From: Paramoeba atlantica
Lineage: Eukaryota > Protista > Discosea
Assembly: GCA_977017575.1 (NCBI GenBank)
Contig: CDRNVI010000049.1
Coordinates: forward strand, 248,001-312,000
Length of the DNA stretch: 64,000 bases
Reading direction: 5' to 3'
Shown: piece after piece, positions 19,601 to 28,720 of the stretch
Layout: every line of letters begins with the position of its first letter
How positions within the stretch are numbered: position 1 is the stretch's first letter
Position numbers and translations under genes: made by a program
The notes under the pieces: model-generated
Databases searched by the model: none
Told to the model about the DNA's origin: nothing
Seen by the model: the letters and a program-made list of their open reading frames with translations, nothing else

Positions 19601-21298
19601 GCCAAATCGGACGGGAAATGACTGCAAATACGCTTGCACAAGATGAGCAAGCGTTTGAAGACCTCCTCGGGTTGAAGGATCGAGAACTGCCACGTAATTT
19701 ATAATATTTTTAGACACAGCTTGAGGATTTTCACTTAGGATTAAGAGATTCGGATCAGAGGGTAAATTTTCTGTATTAGAATCACCTTCCAGATTGTTCA
19801 GCCATTGCACATATTTACCATTGATAAACCAACGAGGGATAGAAGAAGTCGATGGTTTAAAAGGAACACCCAAAAGACTCCTGAATAAGATTACAGCAGT
19901 ATCACGAAAGCTGATATTGCTATGGCATTCTTCATCGTGAAGTTTCGTATCTTTGATACAAGCATGAAGAAGACGCATCAACTCATCGATAAGAGCATGC
20001 TCTGCAAGCATAGCGCTACAAATTCGGAAAATGTCAATGTTATTAGCATAATACATTCGGTTGTTCAGTAAAAGCATAGATGCTCCATCGGCGACGTTAT
20101 TAGTATCTTCCCTTGATTGATTTGGTAGCAATAGAGGACTGACCTGGCGTAAATCTACCCGCGACATTGCTTTCAAAGAATCTGGCAACCGAGAACTAAT
20201 GCGATGTAAAAAATGTTGAGGGTTCGTTGAAGACATTATCTGCGCACATGCCTTCATTCCCAAGTGTTGTATTTCCCAGGGACGTAAACGAGAAGACCGG
20301 GGAATCGAAGCCTTCGTAATATTAGCAAGATGTTCTAGAAAATTAGGGAAAAAAACGGCGTACTGAGGAAATCTTTTGAAAAGCACATCAAGCTCAATTC
20401 CGCAAGCGATGTTGGTCACATTTCCGGTTCTGTCGTTTCCCATAGTTACATTCCTGGTGCTTTCATCTACAGCACGATATTCAGTACTTTTAATCGTCAT
20501 TGCAGCTCCAAAGTTCTGGAGAGAAACATGTGCATCGCGCTCATCGGAGACTAGGTCACCTAAGAATGTGCTCTGGAATGTATAACGCAGTCGCTGCGGA
20601 TACTTTGCAAGAAGTCCTTGAATGGCGACATGGAATATGGCAGTTGATAGGTTTCCTAAACGACCATATAAAGTCATATTGTGAACTTTGTAACCATGGT
20701 TTACATTTTCTGTACAACCCGATTCAAAGTCATTGACCTCCTTTCGAGAAAGCATCAGAAAGCTCCCTTCAAGATCGTCAGGAGAAAAGACGTAATTTCC
20801 CTGATCAAGTTCCACAAACGTTTGCATGAACATATCATGCCTTTCAACGATATTTTTGACTGGACCACTCGAGAACAGATCAAGAAAAATTCCTGCATTC
20901 GCTAGACCTTCCGTCTTTTCCTTAACAGGCTGACGCTGGGAAGCAATTTTTGGAGAATAAAAGCGGGAAGCCAGACACATTTCAAATAGATTTCGTTTTT
21001 CCAGGTCGTACGCCATCACAATATTACCCACTTCAACTACATGCTCCCAATGTGATTTGTATGAATTTCCTACACTTTTGCCCGACGCTACAATTATTTG
21101 TGAGCTTGTATCGATGAATTCCCTGGATATATTCGTGTTTGTGCAGAATTCGTAGGCCTCGTCAAGTACAGAAGTTTCTGTCCATGAGGAAAATAAAGTT
21201 ACTTCCACATCTTTGCAGGGGCAACAACAGAAAATTTGAAGGACTAATAGTAGGAATAAGTGTGATGCACCCGATGCTCTGCTGATTGAATGTGTCAT
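16607..21298 (-). CDS. UGGT: UDP-glucose:glycoprotein glucosyltransferase
   Basis: Signal peptide and a GT24 domain with HIFSIASGFLYERFLR, FLDVLFPL, IFVDADQ, NLDQDLPN, WLWCETWC and TIDLCNNPLTK. Start moved from GTG 21307 to ATG 21298. Confidence 0.97.
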   Translation of the reverse strand: MTHSISRASGASHLFLLLVLQIFCCCPCKDVEVTLFSSWTETSVLDEAYEFCTNTNISREFIDTSSQIIVASGKSVGNSYKSHWEHVVEVGNIVMAYDLEKRNLFEMCLASRFYSPKIASQRQPVKEKTEGLANAGIFLDLFSSGPVKNIVERHDMFMQTFVELDQGNYVFSPDDLEGSFLMLSRKEVNDFESGCTENVNHGYKVHNMTLYGRLGNLSTAIFHVAIQGLLAKYPQRLRYTFQSTFLGDLVSDERDAHVSLQNFGAAMTIKSTEYRAVDESTRNVTMGNDRTGNVTNIACGIELDVLFKRFPQYAVFFPNFLEHLANITKASIPRSSRLRPWEIQHLGMKACAQIMSSTNPQHFLHRISSRLPDSLKAMSRVDLRQVSPLLLPNQSREDTNNVADGASMLLLNNRMYYANNIDIFRICSAMLAEHALIDELMRLLHACIKDTKLHDEECHSNISFRDTAVILFRSLLGVPFKPSTSSIPRWFINGKYVQWLNNLEGDSNTENLPSDPNLLILSENPQAVSKNIINYVAVLDPSTRGGLQTLAHLVQAYLQSFPVRFGVILVDQHKLQTSAPITLDMEDIRNVENDMSLSRSKVSLAEIIISCFFFLSENDASDPTLGYKFLYKLAGTKNVVIDKSLIVSTLNTFTTHSLTKILKNRKWYATYKEAMEYVRKSGRGNEVPATFMNGNPLAKDLDIAKAVDEERVALRPLVKKGLLNSLTKDSATNIAKNLGSVIHLQPALYTAPKYVTLSIDDYIRVLQSGNWISDDKDTRIFNLSHIVVSDIRTLQGIDSLLGIVSQIVNGTFPFKNGNEHENAIRVAFYFIGSSEDFSIRAITSALSTQSFSKVLKIANYLREAYLSNLADASTPSASKPRIHNLSESLIHDFSLQFPDNMDHPDKIDYTRYILDERIAAQVCGALPAFLISNGRCVDLSTSNDGMILFSKEDFALFNEQLLRLFTPEFSAQLNSILHRLNVNNGTLSAFCAVFSLIVDKDARKHGDRDIFYTDCLPGLSFSPNNRSHGLHSISAIINPLSPDASKLLVLANLLYEKFTLSLRIFLNPKRIMFEIPSPAYYEYAFNYDWVPHDNLHPPIVFHDLPKTVLYTMSVQEPVTWLSFPSRSHHDLDNIFLENGLVSSVKVQYELRSLVLSGSCTDRVTGQPVPGLPLFARKSGTTETRDTTVMSNFGYFQLQLSPGKWTISILEGDWSKKYRVVHVSMSSEFNMNVKGSSFSISIDKFSDLHLEIKVERCEASYGKDATTTPFYSDSGVKGVPATNDPRVHIFSIASGFLYERFLRLMMYTLTNHTKARVKFWLVENFLSPSFKRVLPQYAKSFGCDYELVTYKWPDWLHAQSEKQRLIWAYKVLFLDVLFPLSVQRIIFVDADQVIRSDVQELYNMDLQGHAVGYTPFCTKNARKETEGFRFWKHGFWKTHLQGKNYHISAIYVVDLTRFRERTAGDVYRTIYDSLAGESHSLANLDQDLPNYVQEVVPIFSLPEEWLWCETWCDDRSKARAKTIDLCNNPLTKTPKLHSARRIIPEWTTWDAALASLESSFVSYA

Positions 21299-21597
21299 CT
21301 TTCGCACTTTTCATGAATTCATTCTGTAATTCTACTGGTACATAATTGAATTGTATGAATTCATAAAAATCCTTCGTCTTCAACAACAAATATCCATTCC
21401 ACAAGGAAATAAAGTGATCAAAATTTGACCAAACATGTTCCGTTTTTTTCGGTATCATGGAACTGTATTTCAATAGAGTAATAATGTAATGGTTTACCCA
21501 AAACGAAAATTTGTGGGACGGTTTGCTCACATCTGAAGTGATGGTGATAGTAATAATAATGTTTCCAATTTTTATTCAATTTACTTGCTAATTTTAT

Positions 21598-22893
21598 TCA
21601 ATCACCGGATAAGAGCCATGGGAAGTATCTCTTGGTTTTACTTTTCCCTAGCGCACTTTCATTAGTACCCAAATTTGTAGCGTACGTAAGGGCATAATGT
21701 TCGTGTAGCAAGTTCCATTCTTCCATTTCATCCAAATGTTCGATTGAATTTATGTATTGGAGAAGAGCTGGATTGTTCCTAAAAAGATTCTCCGCGTATT
21801 CCTTGAGATCTGAGGATATCGCTTCAGCCCAACCTGCCCTTCGAAATCTGTCTTCTAGGAGAAAGGGATTATTCCCAGATACAGTAGACAACAAAGGACA
21901 ACCTTTGATTTCAAGAGCTCCGCACCGCTTCCTACCAAATGCGTCTTCGTTTCGAATAGGATCATACGATATTATTGAACTCTCAAGAAAGTTCGTTTGC
22001 AACATTTGTAGCAAAGAATCAACCACAGCAGAATCCAAATAAGAAAGGACGCATTCAAAGATAAACAAAGTTGGACGACCCCAGTCAAGGAAAGCACCAA
22101 GTATTTTACCCATACACGAAACATATCGCATATCCGAGGAAAGATAGATGAGTGATGTTCCCTTAACATTTTTGTGACTTTCAAACTCAGAATCAGTCTC
22201 GTTTCGGTATCCGTTGTTTATAGATGTATACGAGGAAAAATCTTGATCCTTTGTTACCTCGGCGGATGCCTCGCAAATACGTACGTGATTTTTAAGAAGA
22301 AGAGCAAGCACTGTTTCACTTCTCTGAAGTATCTCTTTTTTCTTATCAAGTACTTCCTTAAAATCTACATCAACCCAACAGACGCCGTCAGGCAGAGGGG
22401 ACTCATGTGATGACAAATGGGACTCTTCCATGTTAGTGACTGTTTTATTTCTTTCTCTCGCTTCAAGAAGCGCGAAGAATAACGTATCATAGCCGCAACC
22501 AAAGTTCACTACTTGACACTGTGTAGAATGGTTTTTGAGAAAATGTGAAACTGCGGAGTGAACAGCCATAGTGCGAAGCCAATACCCGCGATTCATCACC
22601 GGCGAATTTCCTCTTGCGCTTACTAAGGGTCTGGATATAGAATTTAAATGAGTCGATTGCTCAGAATTCTGTGTGCCTCCAATCGATGTTGCAGTAAATT
22701 CTATGTTCGACTTTCCGTATTTCGAGACTCCTACGTGTTGTGAAATGTTTTGCTCAGCGTTCAATTCTCCAAGAGGATTGGTTGCGACGTATTCGAACAA
22801 ACGTAAGTATGGATCATTCCAATACCCACGTGCGATAGCTCTTATTTTGCTTGCAGTGGAGTCATCATTGGTAGACTGAACTAGATGAGTCAT
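21598..22893 (-). CDS. LCMT1: Leucine carboxyl methyltransferase 1 (PPM1)
   Basis: VQSTNDDS..SK, GYWNDPYL, SPVMNRGYWLR, QVVNFGCGYDT, FIFECVLSYL and IEHLDEMEEWNLLHEHY. Confidence 0.92.
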   Translation of the reverse strand: MTHLVQSTNDDSTASKIRAIARGYWNDPYLRLFEYVATNPLGELNAEQNISQHVGVSKYGKSNIEFTATSIGGTQNSEQSTHLNSISRPLVSARGNSPVMNRGYWLRTMAVHSAVSHFLKNHSTQCQVVNFGCGYDTLFFALLEARERNKTVTNMEESHLSSHESPLPDGVCWVDVDFKEVLDKKKEILQRSETVLALLLKNHVRICEASAEVTKDQDFSSYTSINNGYRNETDSEFESHKNVKGTSLIYLSSDMRYVSCMGKILGAFLDWGRPTLFIFECVLSYLDSAVVDSLLQMLQTNFLESSIISYDPIRNEDAFGRKRCGALEIKGCPLLSTVSGNNPFLLEDRFRRAGWAEAISSDLKEYAENLFRNNPALLQYINSIEHLDEMEEWNLLHEHYALTYATNLGTNESALGKSKTKRYFPWLLSGD

Positions 22894-23328
22894 AAGAACT
22901 GTGCGAGATGAGATAGAACAATTGTTTCAAGCATGTCCTGGAAGCCAAAGATACTTAGTATATTGGTGACACGGGCAATAATTGGGAAGTACGATGCGAA
23001 ATCGTATTGCGAGAGTTTATCACCCGGAAGATCATGTCTTTTCGCCACAATAACTCGAAAAAAACTAGAAATATACAGACAAAAACCAGAAACATACATG
23101 TACATGTATGTTTGTGCTGCAGACACATTAGTTGTGCTATTATCAAAATAATTTTATTGTTTAACTATGATCTAGTCAAGTTTACGAAAACAGCATCTGG
23201 AATCAGAAGTATAATATTGCCTTTTGATACAATATCAATATATTACATTGTGGTCGATGATGTACGTTCGATTTGATAATCTTCTAAAAATATTACTAGT
23301 GTGTATACATGTAGCATCTTATCACGAT

Positions 23329-24165
23329 TCAATCTAAGTGGTCTTCACCAGCATCTGTACCTCTCTTGAGTTGCTTCATATAGAACTGAGCTACGCTTGC
23401 ACGGGCAACCTTATTACGCTTTTCAAATAAACTCCGCTGATTATCTCGACGTTCCACATGTTTCGGGGGAGCCAACTTAAAAGGAAGAATAAAGCGCGCG
23501 GCTTCCCAAAAGTACTTACACTTCTCACCCAATTCAAGAGCGTGAATTAAATCTTCTACGCACAACAAACCGTATGCCTCCAAGTGATTCTCCACAACTA
23601 AGTTATTGTCAAGCGGGAGCAAATTTCCCTTGTCATCGCGATATCGCGCGTGATGCTTAACTAAATCACTGAGTTGTTCCTGTGAAAGAGAACCCGCGAG
23701 CACGTAATCCTGCAATACATGCATGTCTTCCGCAACGTCTTTCGTGGAAGGAAGTATAACTGCGTCGTGAAGCTGGGACAAGCGATATTTTTCTAATAGA
23801 ATCTTCGTAATGCGGCTGACATCTGTGGAGCCTTTGGTTCGAACTGCCAGCAATGCTCCTCCAGTCACCGGTGTCTCCAATGTTGCCTTTTCCAAATGCT
23901 TTACTCGCATGTTGACTTTGCGCTCCAAGCGCTCTCTGCGTGACGCATTCAGCATAAACTCTTTCGCGGATCGGAGTCGCTTCTGCTTGGTTCCCGCCAC
24001 AGCTTTTTTAGCGGTGTAGTGAGGTCGGGACAACTGATGGGAGCGGATTGCGTTTCGTATTTTCTGGTTCCGGTGTTCCTCGATTGATTTGCGACGCTGA
24101 AGTATGGTTACACGTACTCTCTCCCCTTCGCCCGCACCAATGTGCTTCGGGATGTTTTTTCCCAT
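23329..24165 (-). CDS. RLP7: RPL7-like 60S biogenesis factor (RLP7/RPL7L1)
   Basis: uL30-type segment (LEKYRLSQLHDAV), LDNNLVVENHL..YGLLCVEDLIH and FILPFKLAPP, with a long basic N-terminus. Confidence 0.75.
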   Translation of the reverse strand: MGKNIPKHIGAGEGERVRVTILQRRKSIEEHRNQKIRNAIRSHQLSRPHYTAKKAVAGTKQKRLRSAKEFMLNASRRERLERKVNMRVKHLEKATLETPVTGGALLAVRTKGSTDVSRITKILLEKYRLSQLHDAVILPSTKDVAEDMHVLQDYVLAGSLSQEQLSDLVKHHARYRDDKGNLLPLDNNLVVENHLEAYGLLCVEDLIHALELGEKCKYFWEAARFILPFKLAPPKHVERRDNQRSLFEKRNKVARASVAQFYMKQLKRGTDAGEDHLD

Positions 24166-24408
24166 TGTAAGAAATGCAAGTAGTGAAAATCAAGGAAAGC
24201 GGAATAATGTTAGGAATATTCAAATCATCACGATATATGGCATATTATATGATATAAGAATCAAAAAGTTTACCTTTCCGAAATATTAGTTCCCGAAAAT
24301 GAGTCATTCAGTTCAACGAACAAGGTTACTGTTTGCAGGCTCATATGTTCCCAACCATTAAGGCTGAGCCTGGGCCAAATCTGAGCATGTGATAAAGCTG
24401 AGTCATAG

Positions 24409-26325
24409 CAGAGGTCCCTAAAACTATATATAGATAGTTTATAGTGCTTCAAGAAAATTTATAAACCACCGTCCGGGTTATTATACCTAGGAGGTATAAT
24501 AAGTGTCCCTAGGTATAATAACTTTGCTTTGCAAAAATGGGTAAAAAAAACTTCGCGGCGCGTTCTTTTTCGTATTCCCCACAACGTGTTATGATCCATT
24601 TGCAAGTTTCCCTATTGCGCCTGGGGAAACGTGCGCGAGTGTGGGAGGGAGTTTATTTTCTGGGGCTTTCCGGGGTAAAAGAACATGAAATGCCATGAAT
24701 ACATATTTTTTCGTGGATACTATACCCCAACTCGTCAAAACTCTTGACAATGTCAATCTGATTTCTTGGTAAGTTTTCCTCATCAAACGCAACATTGAAA
24801 TTTACGAGCAGTGAGGGGAAAAGATTGTGTTGCTTCGTAGTCGACAACAAAGAGCATGCACCAGCATGCTTTTACGTGTCCAGGCGAAGAATTAATACTT
24901 TCGGAGTGTTAGAGTTTAATTAACCCTTTCGGGGTGTTAATGTATGTTAGGGCGATCGTCCGTAATCCCGTCTTTGTGGCATAAATCAGGGAGGCAATCA
25001 GAAAAATTGTGAAAAATGATGCGGTAGGGGGCAGGGGGAGGTATAATAAGGACCCTAGGGACACTTATTATACCTAGGAGGTACAATATGTGTTCCTAGG
25101 TATAATAACCCGGACGGTGGTTTAGTACTATAAACCTCGTTTATAGTACTATAAACACTATATAGTATTATAAAAACTATATGGTGTTTATCAGTGTTTC
25201 ATGTCCAGGAGGGCGCTCGGTAGACAGATCCGTCGATGGACCTGGAGGAATTTCGCAGGGCAGGAGAGAGCCGATGGAGGTGTAGAGGCTTAGAGGTCAC
25301 GAGATGTCAGGTGGAGCAAGTGGTGTGGATACGCTGACGCGTAGAAAAAAGTGAAAAGAGTTCTAGTTTTTGTACAGAAATGGAAAAAGACGGGATCCTA
25401 TAGCTCACAACAAGTTCTTCCCATAATGCTCTTTCCTTGTAGCGTGCAAACCGCCTTACAGTTGTACCTTGTTGTCATACTACAACACGTTCTCAGACGG
25501 CCGCAGAGGTCGCGATGCGTCAGGAACAGATGAGTTCTCATCCAGAGGAACAAGTGGACGAGACATTACCAATCTATCCGTCTTCCCACAAGCGCAGAGC
25601 GACGCGACAACGCTCGCGTTCTGTTCCTCGTCTATCTAATCCTTTTACCCGAGTTGTAGAGGAGGAAATCCCGCAAACAAGCGTTCCAGACCCAAGATTG
25701 CACTCAGCGAACCAAATGGTGGAAGTATTTGGTGGTCTCTGTTGGAGGCGCTTGTTAGTTGGAGGCGCTTCTTAAGAACCAGCAGGAGCAGCAGTCTCTT
25801 TGGGAGCGGCGTAGCGCCCAAGCAAGTGAACGGTTTGAGACGCTTTAAGTAAAATACGGATCGGATCTTCGCTCCACGGCGGTGAACGGGCGCATATGGC
25901 ATCAACTCCCGGCACACCGGGAGATCAACCTTTGACACTGGACAAAGTCCGGGATGAAGTGCGAAAGATAAAAGATCTCTTGGATGATTATGTCGTGGAA
26001 TTGAAGGTAACCTGGTATTGGACAGGAGAGTCCCCAGCGTGTGCACAAACATGGAGAGGCGTGGCACACACGACGGGTCCTTGCTGGTGCCTGAGAAGGA
26101 TTATGATGTGTTGGAAAATCGTCTCCGTGTGGGATTACGTATGCCGACTACATTAACTCCGGAATTGGAGGATAATATCATTGGAGGATAATATTGGAAA
26201 ATTAAAATTCCAGGATCCAAGATTAAAATTTACTAAGAAAAATAGTAAAAAAATTTAGTTATTATATATAATGTTTCAGAGTTTATAGTACTATAAAATA
26301 GTTATTGTAGTTTTACTGACCTCTG
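24409..26325. mobile_element. Non-autonomous hAT-superfamily element with 8-bp TSD
   Basis: TIRs CAGAGGTCCCTAAAACTA and TAGTTTTACTGACCTCTG. Flanking direct repeat AGTCATAG at 24401-24408 and 26326-26333. TATAGTACTATA subterminal repeats. Confidence 0.88.
24462..25124. mobile_element. MITE 4, nested in the hAT element (TA TSD, 29-bp perfect TIRs)
   Basis: TA-AACCACCGTCCGGGTTATTATACCTAGGA at both ends in inverse orientation. Removing it and one TA restores the host element's palindrome TTTATAGTACTATAAA. Confidence 0.9.
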
Positions 26326-26399
26326 AGTCATAGTGTTAGTCTTTTCAGGACAAATAGCACAAATAATGATAATCCACAAAATCCAATGTCGAAGCACCC

Positions 26400-27068
26400 T
26401 TAATTTGCCTTTTTTCTTCTCTTATCAAATTTTCCCATAGAAGCAGTGGCAATATTTTTTTCTGTATGAGCAATCGCTCTTAGCTTTTCGGCATCCCGTG
26501 ACTTCGGTTTGCGATCCTCTGTCCCACTTATTCCCCCACCGGCACGCTTCTTGTTTTTCAACCTCTTTCCCTCGATCACCTTCTGTTTTCGCTTTTTAGA
26601 CTGTGCTTTGTCTAGAAAAGGATCTCCCTTCACGGCATTTGGAAGGTATGTCGTCTTTACCTCTTCAGCCCACTCAAACTTCCTATTATGTTGTCGAGCT
26701 CGCTTTCCCCAACGATCTCTCCACTCTTTCGTGTTATCATCCCACATCTTATTTTGTTTTCTTCCCTTTGGTTTAATACCTTTTTTGCGGGCGAATTTTT
26801 CCCACGCCGTTTCTGTGTGACTTACTTGGGGAATGGGCTTCTCCCGGGGCAATACTTGCACCGGGGAAGGACATGTCACAATCTTGCCCTCCGGCAGAAT
26901 GCGGCCTGGTAGTTCGTTGAGTTTATGTGAAAGAGTAGGCAGAGCGCTGCGCAGCGTATCAATCAAAGTCTTGTCGAAATCTGCGGCATGAGGATCTGTA
27001 GAAACACCAGGACAATACCCGCAAAGGTTGCCGACATCGAATTCAACAGCACTGGGCAACTCCGTCAT
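26400..27068 (-). CDS. RRS1: Ribosome biogenesis regulatory protein
   Basis: FDVGNL, LPREKPIP, TAWEKFARKKGI, KEWRDRWG, DPF and ATASMGKFD. Confidence 0.93.
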   Translation of the reverse strand: MTELPSAVEFDVGNLCGYCPGVSTDPHAADFDKTLIDTLRSALPTLSHKLNELPGRILPEGKIVTCPSPVQVLPREKPIPQVSHTETAWEKFARKKGIKPKGRKQNKMWDDNTKEWRDRWGKRARQHNRKFEWAEEVKTTYLPNAVKGDPFLDKAQSKKRKQKVIEGKRLKNKKRAGGGISGTEDRKPKSRDAEKLRAIAHTEKNIATASMGKFDKRRKKAN

Positions 27069-27285
27069 AATATACTACGTAAATGAAAAAAGGGTTCGAA
27101 AATGTACAGAGCGTTTTTCAACCAAATCAAGTTCTACGGAGTAAAGCACCTCACTTCAAACGTCAAAAACACGAAGAACAAGAACGTACTAAAACTATTT
27201 TCTCCAATAAAACCCACAATCAAAATCAACCCTTTTCACCAACCCCCCTTTCCTACCTTTCCAATCCCCCCTTTCCTACCTTCCC

Positions 27286-28305
27286 TTACTCCTCCCCTCC
27301 TCCCTCCCCTTCCCCCTCCTCCCCCTCCCCCACCGCCACCCACCTCTCCTCCCACACCCCCGTCCCCTCACACTCCATCGCATCCTCCCGCCCCCCCCGC
27401 GGCCGCAGCCCAAACCCACTCTCCGACACCCCCCGCACCACCCCCAGCCCCCGCCCCAGCGTGCTGAGCACCACACTACGGGGATCCGACACCGAGACGA
27501 CCTCGGCGCGTATCGAGTCCCCGGGGCGGAAGCACGAACTCAGGGGGCAGTGCGTCGTAGCACTACTACTAGCACTCCCCCCTCCCCTGCCGCCCCCCGC
27601 GACCCCCACCGGGACGTCCGGCCGTATCTCCTCGGGGCGCAGCACGGCGTGGTGGGGGAAGGGGAGGGGGGCGCCGCGCAGGGTGGTGAGGTCGACGAAC
27701 ACGGCGGTGCGGGTGACCCGGGTGACGGTGCCGGTGACGGGGTCGTGCAGGGCGGGGAGGAGGGCGTCGAGGGGGGGAGGGGGGAGGGCGAGGGGGGTAG
27801 AGGGAGGGGGGAGGGGGGGAGAGGGGGCCGTGGGTGAGGGCGTAGAGCCGTGGGAAGGCACCGTGGTGGAGGGCGCATTGGAGCCGTGAGTAGGCACAGG
27901 GGTAGGGGGAGCAGTAGAGCCGTGAGAAGGGACAGGGGAAGCGGGAGCGGAGGACGAGTTAGAGGGAACAGCGGTGGAGAGAGCTGCAGGGGAGGTGGAG
28001 GGAACCGGGATAGCGGGAGGGGTAGAGGCGTTGGAGTAGGAGGTGAGAAGCGTTGTGCCGGATGGGAGAGAAAGGGAGTCGTTGTATAATGCAAACCGAG
28101 CCGGTCGGGAGAGTGGACGTACGGAGATTGTGGTGGAAGGAGACGAAGAGGAGGGGGAGGAAGCATCGGGGAGTAGAAGTAGACCGAGCCTCGCGGAGAG
28201 GAGATGGGAACCGTAGGGGTAGACGCCTTCACCGCAGGTGAGTTGGGAGGCGTCGCCGAGGGGGGTTCCGGGGAAGACAAGGGTATGGTGGGGGAGGAAG
28301 GCCAT
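27286..28305 (-). CDS. CSL4: Exosome cap subunit CSL4 (EXOSC1) with a long Pro/Ser/Thr insert
   Basis: LVFPG.PLG...GEGVY N-domain, S1 domain VTGTVTRV...FRPGD.IRAEVVS..D...LST...LGVV, and C-terminal MEC..TG..E.R.VA ribbon-like motif. Confidence 0.85.
   Translation of the reverse strand: MAFLPHHTLVFPGTPLGDASQLTCGEGVYPYGSHLLSARLGLLLLPDASSPSSSSPSTTISVRPLSRPARFALYNDSLSLPSGTTLLTSYSNASTPPAIPVPSTSPAALSTAVPSNSSSAPASPVPSHGSTAPPTPVPTHGSNAPSTTVPSHGSTPSPTAPSPPLPPPSTPLALPPPPLDALLPALHDPVTGTVTRVTRTAVFVDLTTLRGAPLPFPHHAVLRPEEIRPDVPVGVAGGGRGGGSASSSATTHCPLSSCFRPGDSIRAEVVSVSDPRSVVLSTLGRGLGVVRGVSESGFGLRPRGGREDAMECEGTGVWEERWVAVGEGEEGEGEGGGEE
27842..27940 (-). repeat. Three degenerate 33-bp tandem repeats encoding (P/T)VP(S/T)HGS(T/N)
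   Basis: PVPSHGSTAPP-TPVPTHGSNAP-STTVPSHGST in the CSL4 insert. Boundaries approximate. Confidence 0.7.
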
Positions 28306-28720
28306 AGGAAAAAATGGGATGGTGGATGAAACGGTGTAGGAACAGACAGAAGGTTCTGTGTATAAAAACTCGATTGTTGTTTGATTATTGGATTGTACGA
28401 AGATGTTTTCAAAATACTGAGCTTGTTATAATTGCTCTATAATATAAGTCGTATATGTTTTAATGATTGGTCTGTTGACGTACTAGCCTTTGTCGGTTCT
28501 AAACCGATAAGAGTGAATGAACAGGTTTCTTTGAAAGATTTTCTGTTGCTGCACAAATGTACTAATCAGCACCCACAAGATAAATTCCATGGATGACTGC
28601 ATGCTATGATATTCCAAACGTACAATATTCATGTAAGAATTTCGCGAATCTGACAACCAAGTATTCTAGAATGTTTAAACTCGTTGAATTTTATCAAACT
28701 CAGTATCCTTGAAATTTGCA

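Noticed and set aside
27083-27889. 268-aa plus-strand ORF, and the 290-aa alternate-frame minus ORF 27540-28412, over CSL4
   Set aside because: Stop-poor by-products of extreme G/C low complexity. The translations are poly-Pro/Gly with no domain, and the CSL4 frame explains the locus.
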